From Octopus sinensis (lineage: Eukaryota): 64,000 nt of DNA. How positions within the stretch are numbered: position 1 is the stretch's first letter; every line of letters starts with the position of its first letter. The stretch lies in the NCBI RefSeq assembly GCF_006345805.1, contig NC_042997.1, positions 184,822,001 to 184,886,000 on the forward strand. The letters run 5' to 3'. Shown one piece after another: positions 40,413 through 52,834 of this stretch. The notes under the pieces were generated by a model, which made no database searches, was not told the origin of the DNA, and worked only from the letters and a program-made list of their open reading frames with translations. A program made the translations under genes and the position numbers.

Positions 40413-40426
40413 TCTCTCTCTCGCGC

Positions 40427-40466
<40 letters not shown>

Positions 40467-40469
40467 ACT

Positions 40470-40882
40470 CATTTGCTTGTTTCAGTCATTTGACTGTGGC
40501 CATGCTGGAGTCCCGCATTTAGTCGAGCAAATCGCCCCCAGGACTTATTCTTTGTAAGCCTAGTACTTATTCTATCGGTCTCTTTTGCGAACCGCTAAGT
40601 TACGGGGACGTAAACACACCAGCATCGGTTGTCAAGCGATGTTGGGGGGGGGGCAAACACAGACACACAAACATATACACATATACATACATATATATAT
40701 ATAATATAATATATATATACGACGGACTTCTTTCAGTTTCCGTCTACCAAATCCACTCACAAGGCTTTGGTCAGCCCGAGGCTATAGTAGAAGACACTTG
40801 CCCAAGGTGCCACACAGTGGGACTGAACCCGGTACCATGTGGTTCGGTAGCAAGCTATTTACCACACGGCCACTCCTACGCC
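40470..40882 (-). mobile_element. SINE family A, full length
   Basis: Reverse complement of all family A blocks. Confidence 0.93.
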
Positions 40883-43263
40883 TAACATATACATAAGTAT
40901 ATACACACGTGTATATATGTATGTATATATGTGTGTATGTATGTATGTATGTATGTATGTATGTATGTATGAATGGATGGATGGATGGATGGATGTATGT
41001 ATGTATGTTTGTATGTATGTATGTATGTATGTATGTATAGACACTCACATGTATCATATGTTGGCATGTGCGCCCAAGCGAGTGTAATTATATCCGTGTG
41101 TACATTTGTGTAATATTGTGTATTAGTGATTAATATGACTGCTTCATTAGAAAAGTTTGTGTCTATTGTTATAACGAAAGTGGCTTTATCTGGTATTTAG
41201 TCATTTAGTGGAAGATTAATCCTCAGTTAGACTTCAAAATAAAGTAGATGTCTGAAAATGTCGCCTACGTTTCAAGGATTAAATTGTGTCCACCTTCAGA
41301 CAAATTAAAGCCTATTAGTTTAGGTAGAAGAGAAATATATATCATGAAGAAAATTAGTTTATCATGAATACATTGTAATAGTGTATATAGAGAAATGAGA
41401 TCTTGAATAAATACTATTTGTTGCAAATTTCTATCAAAACTTAAAGAGGCAACGTTTATTGTCAGCGTAAACTTAATTGCGCATTAAATTTGAGATCGTG
41501 ACATCCCCTCTTTCTGACTAGAAGTCTCTCTCTGTCAAAATATTTGATTATAAACTATCGCATCTACGTTTACTTTTGTTATGTATGAATACATATTAAT
41601 ATATTTAATGTGATTATTCAACAAAATATTCAATATTCACTTTATAGGCCGTTTTCTTTTATATATAGAAGTATTTTTTCTCATGATTATATCCTTCTGA
41701 ACAAATTGTGTTTTATCTAGCCATTCTTTGACGACCATTTAAATAATAACTCCGCTCAAATCACCATCTTCGCATTTTAAAGAAAACAAATGACTAAATT
41801 TTATTAGATTTCGTGAATTAATATACTTCTTATTGTATATGATAGCATCACTTACAGTAAGTCAGACACTAAGAATTTAAAAATTGTCTTAAGTCAGCCT
41901 GATGCCTTGCTATTTTGTCTTTTACTAATACGCATGTTAGATGTTTCGGTTTCCACAAATTATATGAAGTAGATGCATATACAATTTGTTGTCGGAAAAT
42001 TTATATATAAATGCAAAATATTGTCTCACAGTAAAGTTCACCTTAAAAACTATTTATTCGAATTTTCTCTTATTTTAAGCGTAAAAGTGGCTTATTATTT
42101 TTTTCATAGACATTATATTTATTTCTTTTAACAGAACAGGACGTCAATATTTCTGTAACATTTATATCAATTTATTAAGAATTTTCTCAAAACGAATTCC
42201 AATGTGATACAGTTTAATCGATTACTCCTCCAAAATCAGAATAAAGAACTGGTTTTAAGCTGAACATAATAAATCAATGAGATTACAATGAAGCCATTAG
42301 CAGCACGCTAAAAGTGTCATTTCATAAATCCGCTTACTTTATATCCTTTCCTGGATTAACAATTTGTAATTAAAGTCATAATTAGTTTGACTTGGCTCAG
42401 TGCCGTTGTTTGTAGTGTCGTGAGAGAGGCTATTTAATTAGTTCTAGTATATATTTTATTTCTAATTATTATTATCGTCGTATCATTAAAGACTGTATTT
42501 AGAATTGCCTGAGCTATATTCTTGGTGATATCACGTTAAATATCGACTGACTCCAATTTATAGCAAAAGAGTGGAAATTATTATATCATATATAACATAT
42601 CAGGAATAGAATATGTGATCTACTTTAACCCAAAGATGGATTTATATATTTGCCGGTTATTTTATTGGCCTTCGAAATATGAAAATTAAAAAAGTATTGC
42701 TGAACCATGTAGATAAACTAATTTCATCAAATGAAGCATCTATTCCAGTTCTCTAATATATCAGCGGCTTCTACAAGTACCACTTGAATACCATAATGGT
42801 AGGAAGGAATACTATTTTCTATGTAACATGTTGTAGATTTTATGGAATATTAAGTCTAGTCATATTTCTGATAAACGTAATTTCGGTATTTCAAGCTCAG
42901 ATTCATAATAATATGCGCGTTACGACAAAAGTTAGAACTGAAGTTTTAGCTTGCACAACTTTCAGCACTTTGAAAATAATCGTACAAAAGATACACGAGA
43001 TTCATATACCTTAGCAAATTATGTCTTACATAATTTGCAATCAACAACAGCTCACATAACGGCTATTTCGGTATATATTGTGACAATGTACCATATTCTC
43101 ATTCGCAAGATTTTAAGTTGGTGATCCTCAAATTTGTTTCACCGAACGCTAAATTGTCTAAATTTTCATCCGATTCGAGTTTTCAATAGTTGCTGTCATT
43201 GAAGGAAAGCTTGGCACCAGCAGGTAGGAATTACATATACATACATACATACATACATACATA

Positions 43264-43320
<57 letters not shown>

Positions 43321-43403
43321 TATATTATTTAGAGATAGTAGTCCCTTTCATCCCACCATATAAAGAAATTTTAATTTAATTTAATACTTACTACTCATTT
43401 CTC

Positions 43404-43497
43404 GGCTACACGTGTTTCTCGAGGTTCTTTTACGGTTCCTTAAGCAGGCAGTGTTTTACAGGAACCTTTCTTAAGATGTAACCCCAATCATCAGGCC
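43404..43497 (-). ncRNA. Type I hammerhead ribozyme motif with extended helix II (left arm copy)
   Basis: Minus strand GGC-CUGAUGA-[69 nt closed by UUGGGGUU/AACCUCGA, inner GGUUCCU/AGGAACC]-GAAA-CACGUG-UA-GCC. Confidence 0.75.
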
Positions 43498-44057
43498 TCT
43501 AAGTAATTTTATAATAGTTCGATACCAAATACTATATTTGGTAGTTGTTTCGCCGAATCTTGCGACGTCAAGCCGAAACTAATACGTAGTAGGACAATGG
43601 TAGTCAACGGTAGTTTGTACATATTTTGTACCCTTAAGTTATTTTTACTTAGTAAATTTTTTAAATTTTTTATCATTCGTATCATTTGTAAATTTTCTTT
43701 TTGCATTTTGTCATTTGTTTTTATTCGAAAATATTTATTTGTCATTGCTTTCATTTTTATTCGAATATATTTATTTGTCATATCATTGCAAGTATATAAT
43801 TTATTTTTATCCCTATATATTATTAATTTTATATGAATGTTTACAGACATAAGTTACGCGAGAATTTGGTTTTTGTAAACTTTTACTTTTTATTTTTTAT
43901 TCGTATTTTTTATTTGTTTATTTTATTTGTTATTTTTATTTGAATTAAATTATGGCTTGCACAGTAATGTCCGGCGAACCTATTTACACATACACATACT
44001 TATTTGTTAAAATTAAAATATGGTATTTGGTATCGGACTATGATAAAGTTATTTAGA

Positions 44058-44151
44058 GGCCTGATGATTGGGGTTACATTTTAAGAAAGGTTCCTGTAAA
44101 ACACTGCGTGCTTAAGGAACCGTAAAAGAACCTCGAGAAACACGTGTAGCC
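44058..44151 (+). ncRNA. Type I hammerhead ribozyme motif with extended helix II (right arm copy)
   Basis: GGC(44058-60) CUGAUGA(44061-67), helix II 44068-44136, GAAA(44137-40), palindromic ACACGUGU helix III, GUA cleavage triplet (after 44148), GCC closing helix I. Confidence 0.75.
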
Positions 44152-44341
44152 GAGAAATGAGTAGTAAGTTTAAATTAAATTAAAATTCTTTTATATGGTA
44201 GGATGAAGGGGGCTACTATCTCTAAATAATATATATATATATTTCCTCATTGAGAATAATTTGAACCCCTGTGATGCCAGAATTTTTATTCCCTAATAAA
44301 TAAAATAAAATTTAAAAAATATATATATACACACACATTCA

Positions 44342-44401
<60 letters not shown>

Positions 44402-44449
44402 CATATATATACATATTCATATGGATATATATATATATATATGTATGTA

Positions 44450-44487
<38 letters not shown>

Positions 44488-44583
44488 GTACAAACACATA
44501 TATGTTTGTGAGTGTGTAAATATATGAGTACGTGTGTATAGATGGCTTGATAGAAAGACTGAGAAAGAGACAGATACTAATTT

Positions 44584-44654
<71 letters not shown>

Positions 44655-45482
44655 GCAAACAGACAGATACAGAAACACAGATAAAAAGAGAGGGAATGAA
44701 AGAAACTGATCGAAGGAGAAATGCAGGATTATGAAAATATGAGGAATGTACGTAAGTTTACAGAATGTGAAACAACAATTTTACACTTTCAAAACCAGGC
44801 TGAAATTCTCTATAGAATGATGCAGCAGTTTTTTTCAAAATGGATCCCCCTTCTCCGTAAGTTAAATAATGGCCTCAAACATTGCTTTGAATAGAGTCTA
44901 GGAAATTTAATTTCACGGTTGATCAAGGCAGAGTTTTAGATCAACTTTCAAGTGTTGGTGGTAGTTACGGGGCGCTTTATATAATCATGCTTCCAAGTAC
45001 TTCATAGACGCCCTATGTCAACTGACCGAAGATAACTTGGAAAGCACTGACTCATCTGAGCTAATGAGCCTATGCACTTTTAAAATGTAATCTGCATTTG
45101 CTTATATTCTGTTCGTATTTCTCTTGTCGATATGGCAGAGTAAATATGATAGAATGAAAGACAGCAAAATTTGGAGAGAAGGGTAAGGCGTAAAATAGCG
45201 GAAGTATACGTTGAGAAAGATAGAAAGAGGGTGCCATAGAATACGAGTAGTGATGGAAGAAATATTTACAATGAGTAACGGAAAGAGACATGAGACTATG
45301 AAACCTATGCGTACGAGTAAAAGAAGAGTTATTAAAAGAGACAGAGAAAAAGAATGAGGTTTGAAGGAAGACAGAAGAATGCAGCAATGCAAATGTGCAT
45401 ACAACAATATACACGCAGAAATACGCACACATACGTGTATGCATATGATTATACATACATGCATATAACAATAATAATAATG

Positions 45483-45529
<47 letters not shown>

Positions 45530-45865
45530 CTTCACTTAAATACAAAGACCAAAATCTTCACTTAAATACAAAGGCGAAATCGGGGGAAATGGGCAAAAAT
45601 TACCTTAAGATCCCATACAAATCACGAAAAAAATTGGAAATTAAAAAGCCAGAGATATCCGTAACGCAGCGATTACGAAGTTTGTGAAAATATCATTTAG
45701 TTATCCTCAGCGAGTCTTACTGACCTAGGGTCATGGACCTTGCCCATCTCAACCAATGTGTGCGATGAGAGTTTTTAACGTCTCGGCAAATTTAAAAAGG
45801 TGATCGAAGTGAATAAAAATTATAAAAAATATAAGGTTATTGCTTAGTGAAGATTTGTGGTCTGA
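45530..45865 (+). mobile_element. Probable 3' remnant of a Dong-like LINE between (TAA)n tracts
   Basis: (TAA)n on both sides. CTGACCTAGGGTCATGGACCTTGCCC resembles the 3'UTR motif of the two Dong copies at 51.3 and 51.7 kb. Confidence 0.45.
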
Positions 45866-45996
45866 ATAATAATAATAATAATAAGAAGAAGAAGAAGAAC
45901 GGGGAAAAATAACTCTCAAAGGAACGGGGAAAATAACTCTCAAAGACTGGAACATTTACAATACCTCGTGAGTATTTGAAATTCTCTTCAAAGTGG

Positions 45997-46897
45997 GTTA
46001 AGAAATTTACAAATTTACATATCTGCAGCTTTCAAACATACATCCGATCGGCTTTAAAAACTTTAATACCCACAACTGCCTCTGTAAGCACCCCCTTTTT
46101 TTTTTTTTTTTTTTTCCCTTCTCTCTAAAAACATCACGCTTTTCTTTTTGTGGACTTGCAAAACCCTAAAACTTTCTATGAAAATCTGACTTTTCTTTGC
46201 TTCCTCCCAGAATATTCAAATATAATGTAAACATATACTTTTTATTGCAAAAACACACCTGTTCTTCTAACTGGACATACAAACATCTCTAGAGGGGTCA
46301 ACTTCAACCTCCACAATATTACCTTGCACGAAATATACAAACACTTTTTATTGCAATAACACAAACGCACATGGAAAAAATAATGATGCTAAGATTCTCT
46401 CTGGTCGAACACAGCTTCTCTATTCACAAATAATACAGAACAGCCCTTCAAAATAAGTTAAGAAAATTTACAAATTTACATATCTACAGTTTTCAATCAT
46501 ACATTCGACCAGCTTTAAAAATTTGATACCCACAATTGCCTCTGTAAACATCCTTTTTTTTCTTCTCTCTAAAAACATCACGCTTTTCTTTTTGTGGACT
46601 TACAAAACCCTAAAACTTTCTATGAAAATCTGACTTTTCTTTGCTTCCTCCCTGAATATTCAAATATAAATGTAAACATATACTTTTTATTGCAAAAACA
46701 CACCTGTTCTTCTAACTGGACATACAAACATCTCTAGAAAAGTCAACTTCAACCTCCACAATATTACCTTACACGAAATATACAAACACTTTTTATTGCA
46801 ATAACACAAACGCACATGGAAAAAAAAATGATGATGCTAAGATTCTCTCTGGTCGAACACAACTTCTCTATTCACAAACAATACAGAACAGCCCTTC
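45997..46897. repeat. Tandem direct duplication, period ~460 bp (45997-46449/46457-46897)
   Basis: Two highly similar copies from GTTAAGAAATTTACAAATTTACATATC to AATACAGAACAGCCCTTC. Confidence 0.95.
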
Positions 46898-47497
46898 CTT
46901 GATTTTTCTTAAGGCTAATAGTAGTAAACATCTGAACTTTTTTTGACCCCATCTAAAAAAAAAAAAAAAAAAATATCACTGGTGGTGATGGTGATGATGG
47001 TGATGATGATAATAATAATAGTAATAGTGCTGATAATCTATCTATCTATCTACACACACACACACACACACTCAAAGAGTTCAACCAACACAAACCTCAC
47101 CTCTATTGTTAACCAAATATGAACGTATTATTTGACAGGCAAGAACTCTGGCATTGAAGACAGTCAGCCAGCCAACCACCAAGCCAGCCAACGAGACAGA
47201 CAGACACTACTGTGATGGTGATAAGGATAAAAAAACAAAAATAACAATAAGATACTGCTGTGACTACACATAAAACAATATCATTGATGATGATGGTGGT
47301 GATGGTGATGGTGATGATGATAATGATGATGGTAATGGTGGTGATAATGATGATAGTGATAATAATGGTGATGATAATAACAATAATAAGCCGACTACGG
47401 CTGCTATAATGGTACGATTATAATTGTAACAGCAATGATGGCCGTCTCCCACGAGCCAACCAAAGCTAAAAAATGATAACATTATCGTAGCACCAAA

Positions 47498-48379
47498 ATG
47501 TTTTTGGAAACTAAAAGGAAAAAATCAGTATACCAAATCGCTTGTCCTATGGTTAATCTGGAAGCGCGTCCCCCAGGGAAGAGCCAGCCTGGGACCGAAA
47601 AGTCATCAACTGGCACAAACTCTTCTCCGAATACGGACATGGATGGTCACTTGAACGGGAAATCCCCCAACTCGAGCCCTCCAAGTTCACCACCACAACC
47701 ACCACAGAAAGAAAAATGTAAGCGGAACAAATGGACCCGAGAAGAGTATGAAGAAGTAATATACGCTTATTACTATGCATTAGGTAGGCCATATCAAGAG
47801 AGACACACCGCAAACTCTTACAGTATATGGAGAACACGGAATCAAGACAGTAGGCCCTATTTGGACGAGAACAAATTAGCAAATTTGAGGAGGGATATCC
47901 TTAGAAATAACAGACTCACAGGCAGTGAAATAAGCGCGATCAAGCACGCAACGGAAAATGACATAAATATAAGACACAAAGGAAATGAAGAATCAGATGA
48001 ACAGTATAGCCCGCCACGAGGCTTAATTGAAAGACTGCCATCTGACCAAAGTACGCAAAGGCCTGAAGATACAAGAAATTCTATTGTACCTGTTAAAGAT
48101 AGCCAGGAAAACGAAAAAACAACAGTAACTGAAGATCTCGCATCTGCTGAAGAACACAGAGAGTCTATGGCAGAAATGAGGCAGAAAATCCTGAATACAC
48201 TTGAAGTTGTAAGACATACAAGTATGAATGATAGAGAACCACTTCATAAACTCTCAAATACAAACCAAAATAAAAAACAAATCCAAATTGGCAACTATGT
48301 AACAAATGAAATAATACGAGAATTAAAACCTGATTTTACTGAGTTAAATGAAATTATTTACGCTTCTGCTAGGAATTGA
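47498..48379 (+). pseudogene. Dong/R4 ORF N-terminal segment
   Basis: KWTREEYEEVIYAYYYA..YSIWRTRN..LDENKLANLRRDILRNNRL, as in R4/Dong N-termini. Continues after frameshifts into WRSKIEKEI and KRIRRFEKRNKFYKQNKLF. Confidence 0.75.
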
Positions 48380-48750
48380 AACCAGCTGTATGCCCCCGAA
48401 AAAACAAAGAAAACCAAACCTGGGAAGAAATCAAACCTGGAGAAGTAAAATTGAAAAAGAGATTGAATTTATGAGAGGGGAAATATCAATATTAAATGAA
48501 CTAATATGTGGAAATGATGTAAGATCCAGAACAGGAAGAAAGATGAAGAGAAAATTTGGATCCTCACCAAGAGAAGAACTGATATCAATAAAAGAAACGC
48601 TGAAACAAAAGTCCAAGCAAAAGCCAAAGAATACGAAGATTTGAGAAGAGAAACAAGTTTTACAAGCAAAATAAACTGTTCACATCCAATGCCAAAAAAT
48701 TCTACAGAGAAATAGAGAAGGAGAAAGTAACCGTTAAAGACCCCCCTCCC

Positions 48751-50805
48751 ATGGAAGAAATTCAAAACTTTTGGAAAAGTATTTGGAGTGACAAGAAGAC
48801 GTACAACATAAATGCAGACTGGATTATACAAACTGAAGGATCCTACCAAAATTTACAACAACAAGCATGGGAAGACATCACAATAACAGACCTAAGAAAG
48901 GCACTCACGAAGGCCCATAATTGGAAATCCCCCGGCAAAGATAGGGTGCCGAATTTCTGGCTCGCATCGCTCCCATGCGCACACGGTAAGCTAGTTCAGC
49001 TGCTCAATGGAATTATGAGAGACCCAAAGAAAACACCTGAATGGTTAGCAAGTGGCATTACTTACCTACTCCCAAAGAATAACGAAACCAACCTTCCAAA
49101 AAACTATCGGCCTATAACCTGTCTATCCACCACGTATAAAATCCTAACATCTATCCTGGCGGAGAAAACATATGCATTCAGGGAGAAGAACGATATTTTC
49201 CCCATTGAACAAAAAGAGTGCCGCCGAGGCTCTTACGGATGCAAAGATCAACTGCTAATCAATCGTATGATCCTTGAGAACTGTCACAACAAGCGCAGAA
49301 ATCTCAGCACCGCATGGATTGACTATAAAAAGGCCTTCGACAGTATACCGCATCCATGGATCTTGAGATCGCTGGACATCTTCAAAATTTCCCCTGTGAT
49401 TTCAAACTTCCTGAAGCACAATATGTCGTTGTGGAATACGAATCTCCAATTATACCACTCTAATGGAGTACTTGCCTCAGAAAATATAAACATCAACTGT
49501 GGAATTTTTCAAGGTGACTCACTTTCACCTTTAATATTCTGCATAGCCCTAATACCCCTTACAAGTGAATTAAACAGAACAGGGTATGGGTATAAAATTG
49601 CCAATAAAAAAATAAGCCATCTATTTTATATGGATGACTTAAAACTTTATGGTAAAGACAATAATGAACTTGAAGGCCTATTGTGCACTGTGAAAGCATT
49701 CAGCGATGACATCGGGATGGAGTTTGGACTTGAGAAGTGTGCCAAGGCCACTTTCCAGAAAGGGAAAGTGAAGACCACAAATTCAGTCGTGTTAGATGTT
49801 GACACATTCATAAGAGAGCTTGAGAAAGAACAAACATACAAATATTTAGGGATAAATGAAGGCTCTGGTATTCAGCATGCAAGCATGAAAGAGAAGATCA
49901 GGAAGGAATGTTATAGGAGAGTTCGTGCAGTCCTGAAATCTGAACTAAATGCACGTAACAAGGTGTTAGCTATAAATTCCTTAGCAGTTCCAGTTGTTAC
50001 TTATAGCTACAATGTGTTGAACTGGAATATGAGTGAAGTAAAGAATATAGATAGGAAAATACGCAAGCTGCTGAGTTGTAATAGGATGCACCACCCAAAA
50101 GCAGACGTAGATCGCCTTTACCTTCCCAGAGCCCAAGGAGGTCGAGGCCTGATCCAATTTGAACTAGCTTACAAAACAACCACAATTGGACTGGCCAAAT
50201 ATCTCGAAATATCGAATGACTGGATGCTAAAGCTCGTGGAAAATCACGAGAGACGAAAGAAGCTTCATTCTATTATAAAGGAAAGCAAAAAATTTGCTAT
50301 TGATCTCGTGCAGGATACCCAAACAGAACAACCCGAGGGAAGTTCGGCAATTATTGTTGCAAAGGTGAAAATAATGGCAACGAAAAAAGCGCACGAGCAA
50401 TTGGCTGATAGGTGGGAGGAGAAACCTCTGCACGGCAAATATGTGACCCGCAGCAAACAAGCTGATGTTGACCAGAAGCAAACCCATCAGTGGCTACGGA
50501 GCTCAGGGCTAAAAGCAGAGAGCGAAGGTTTCATCCTGGCTGCTCAAGATCAAAGCCTATTAACCCGGAACTACCAGGCCAATGTGATGAAAAATGGAGC
50601 AGACCCAAAATGCCGATTCTGCAACGACATGATTGAAACAGTGGACCACCTAATCTCTGGATGTAAAGTCTTAGCTCCAGTGGAGTATAAATTAAGACAT
50701 GACAGAGTTGGCAAATATCTACACTGGCTAATAAGTCGGCATTACAATATCAAAACTGCCGACAAGTGGTATAATCACCACCCTGAGGCTGTAACTGAAA
50801 GATAA
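48751..50805 (+). CDS. Reverse transcriptase and CCHC zinc knuckle of the Dong/R4 element (interrupted ORF)
   Basis: NWKSPGKD, NYRPITCL, WIDYKKAFDSIPH, GIFQGDSLSPL, HLFYMDDLKL, YKYLG, CRFC..ETVDHLISGC, RHD. Confidence 0.93.
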   Translation: MEEIQNFWKSIWSDKKTYNINADWIIQTEGSYQNLQQQAWEDITITDLRKALTKAHNWKSPGKDRVPNFWLASLPCAHGKLVQLLNGIMRDPKKTPEWLASGITYLLPKNNETNLPKNYRPITCLSTTYKILTSILAEKTYAFREKNDIFPIEQKECRRGSYGCKDQLLINRMILENCHNKRRNLSTAWIDYKKAFDSIPHPWILRSLDIFKISPVISNFLKHNMSLWNTNLQLYHSNGVLASENININCGIFQGDSLSPLIFCIALIPLTSELNRTGYGYKIANKKISHLFYMDDLKLYGKDNNELEGLLCTVKAFSDDIGMEFGLEKCAKATFQKGKVKTTNSVVLDVDTFIRELEKEQTYKYLGINEGSGIQHASMKEKIRKECYRRVRAVLKSELNARNKVLAINSLAVPVVTYSYNVLNWNMSEVKNIDRKIRKLLSCNRMHHPKADVDRLYLPRAQGGRGLIQFELAYKTTTIGLAKYLEISNDWMLKLVENHERRKKLHSIIKESKKFAIDLVQDTQTEQPEGSSAIIVAKVKIMATKKAHEQLADRWEEKPLHGKYVTRSKQADVDQKQTHQWLRSSGLKAESEGFILAAQDQSLLTRNYQANVMKNGADPKCRFCNDMIETVDHLISGCKVLAPVEYKLRHDRVGKYLHWLISRHYNIKTADKWYNHHPEAVTER

Positions 50806-51177
50806 AATGTAACCATTCTGTGGGACTTTCCAGTACATACAGACCGAACCATCAAGGCCAATAAACCAGATATTGTTGTGAAAGACCAAAACAATAAAGT
50901 TTGCTTATTGATCGACATGAGCATCCCCTGTGATCATAATATCTCAGCGAAAGAGTTTGACAAGCTCAGAAAATATAAAGACCTACTCATTGAAATTGAG
51001 AAAATGTGGCATCTCAAGGCGGTTACAATACCAGTGATCGTAGGGGCACTAGGAATGATCAAGAAGGGAACCGAAAATTATATGAGAATGATCCCTGGCT
51101 TACCATCCCTGCAAGAAGTGCAAAAGATTGTCTTAACTGGTACATCACACGTATTGAGAAGAGCATTGTCGACGTGA
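50806..51177 (+). pseudogene. Restriction-like endonuclease domain, in frame beyond the premature stop
   Basis: ILWDFPVHTDRTIKANKPDIVV..LIDMSIPCD.NI..KEFDKLRKYKDL..IPVIVGALG (PD..D..K motif). Confidence 0.88.
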
Positions 51178-51373
51178 GAACTGTTGCTGCTCATGTATTT
51201 TAATTTGACTTAAAAAAAAAAAAAAAAATGAACGAACTATTGAGTTTGGTTTAATGGCCTACCAATGTATACTATGAGTTTCTTTGCCCTAGGAGTCGGG
51301 AAGACACTCGGCAAGAAATGGAAGCAAATTTGAAAGAAGAAACAAAAAAATAATAATAATGATAATAATAATA

Positions 51374-51740
51374 ATGTGGAACCTGAAGACTAAAACAATA
51401 CCTGTTGTCATAGGTGCCCTGGGAATGATTGCGAAAGGGGCTGATTACTACCTAACTCAGATACCAGGAAACCCCAAAATGGCAGAAATTCAAAAAGATA
51501 GTGCTCGTGGGAACTGCTCATATCCTACGCAAAATACTCTCTATGTAATCCCAAGGTTTAAAACAAACTTCTTTTTTTAAATTTATGTATTAGACATTCA
51601 CTAGTACAACACAATAAACCAAATATATAGCACACTAGGCATAACAACAACGTGAACTTCCAACCTGTTGTCTCTTGAGGTCTCTGGGTGAGACTTGGAG
51701 CCAACTTGTACAGACATAAAGCAAAAGTCAAACATAGAAT
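51374..51740 (+). mobile_element. 5'-truncated second Dong-family 3' end, flanked by (TAA)n
   Basis: MWNLKTKTIPVVIGALGMI..IPGNPKMAEIQK, homologous to but divergent from the adjacent element's C-terminus. Has its own 3'UTR. Confidence 0.85.
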
Positions 51741-51750
51741 AATAATAATA

Positions 51751-51786
<36 letters not shown>

Positions 51787-52736
51787 GTAATAATAAAAAT
51801 ACTAATAGAGAATCGGTCAGAATGCATTATGGTATTTGTTTTCCTTGCGGGCGGTGTTCAAATACCTGCGCGGTCATGTTTTACCCTTCATTCTTTTGGG
51901 ATCGATATACAGGTACTAATCAAGGGTGGTAGACAGGTGCAACTAAAAGCGTGTGAGATGGTTGTCTAACGCTATTTCTTTCGGTGCCCTGAGTTCTTTG
52001 TTGTAATTCGACAATGACTTACTTAGCTGGGAGACTTAATTTGTCACCCGGTTTAACATCACCGCCTACCAACTTGCGTACTTTCAGTTAAGTTCCCTCA
52101 TTTGGAAACATTCTGTCCAGCTCTTTTATCTGAAATTTCCTTTCGAACGTCTCCTCCATGAATCTAGGATGACTGGAAAGAATCTTGAGCAATACATCCC
52201 CTCCTTACTTAAGGATAAAAAACATACCCATAAACACATACACACACATTGAAATCATAATATTTGCCTCTACAGATATTAAATTTCTGAACAGATTATT
52301 GCACTCGTTGATTTAAAGGTTACATTTTCGTAGTTTAGAATGGCAGACCTGCTCACATTTTGCTGAAATTTAATAAATATTGGTTAAACGCTGTGCTGTT
52401 GTTATTTTCTGTCGTAATAGAAGAAATTCTTTGGCTTAAACAATAGGGGTAATTTACAAATTATCTTACTGTCAGTACTTATGCCCCTTTACATCTTGTG
52501 TTCAAATCTAACCGATGTCCGCTTTCGATTGTACTCTAACTTGAATCGGTGAAATAAAAACTGTTATGCAAATAAGTATGATAGAAGTAAGGTATAACTT
52601 TTCCCTAAAATACTCGGTAAAGATTTCGAAGTAGAAAAGAATGCCGTGTCTGTCTAACTCTTCTAAAACATCTGCCACTTATCTTTTATTACAGATGTGA
52701 ATTAAAGTGTATATGCTCATGTATATGTATACATAC

Positions 52737-52769
<33 letters not shown>

Positions 52770-52801
52770 TGTATATAAGTTTGTATACGTTATATGCATA
52801 C

Positions 52802-52834
<33 letters not shown>

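Larger units (their letters stand above)
43323..44300. mobile_element. Non-coding fold-back element with ~215-bp inverted arms (43323-43538/44016-44232), each containing a hammerhead; in (TA)n
   Basis: Arms are reverse complements with few mismatches. AT-rich spacer. The right arm extends ~65 bp further, ending TTATTCCCTAATA. Confidence 0.85.
47400..51348 (+). mobile_element. Near-full-length R4/Dong-clade non-LTR retrotransposon (RT plus RLE endonuclease) in (TAA)n-type repeats
   Basis: Single long ORF broken by two frameshifts (~48370, ~48620) and one stop (50803-50805). RT, CCHC knuckle and RLE motifs present. 3' end runs into TAA repeats. The 5' boundary is approximate. Confidence 0.92.

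Noticed and set aside
47430-47500. HDV-like ribozyme at the 5' end of the Dong element
   Set aside because: Local hairpins exist, but P1/P1.1/P3 pairings could not be assigned
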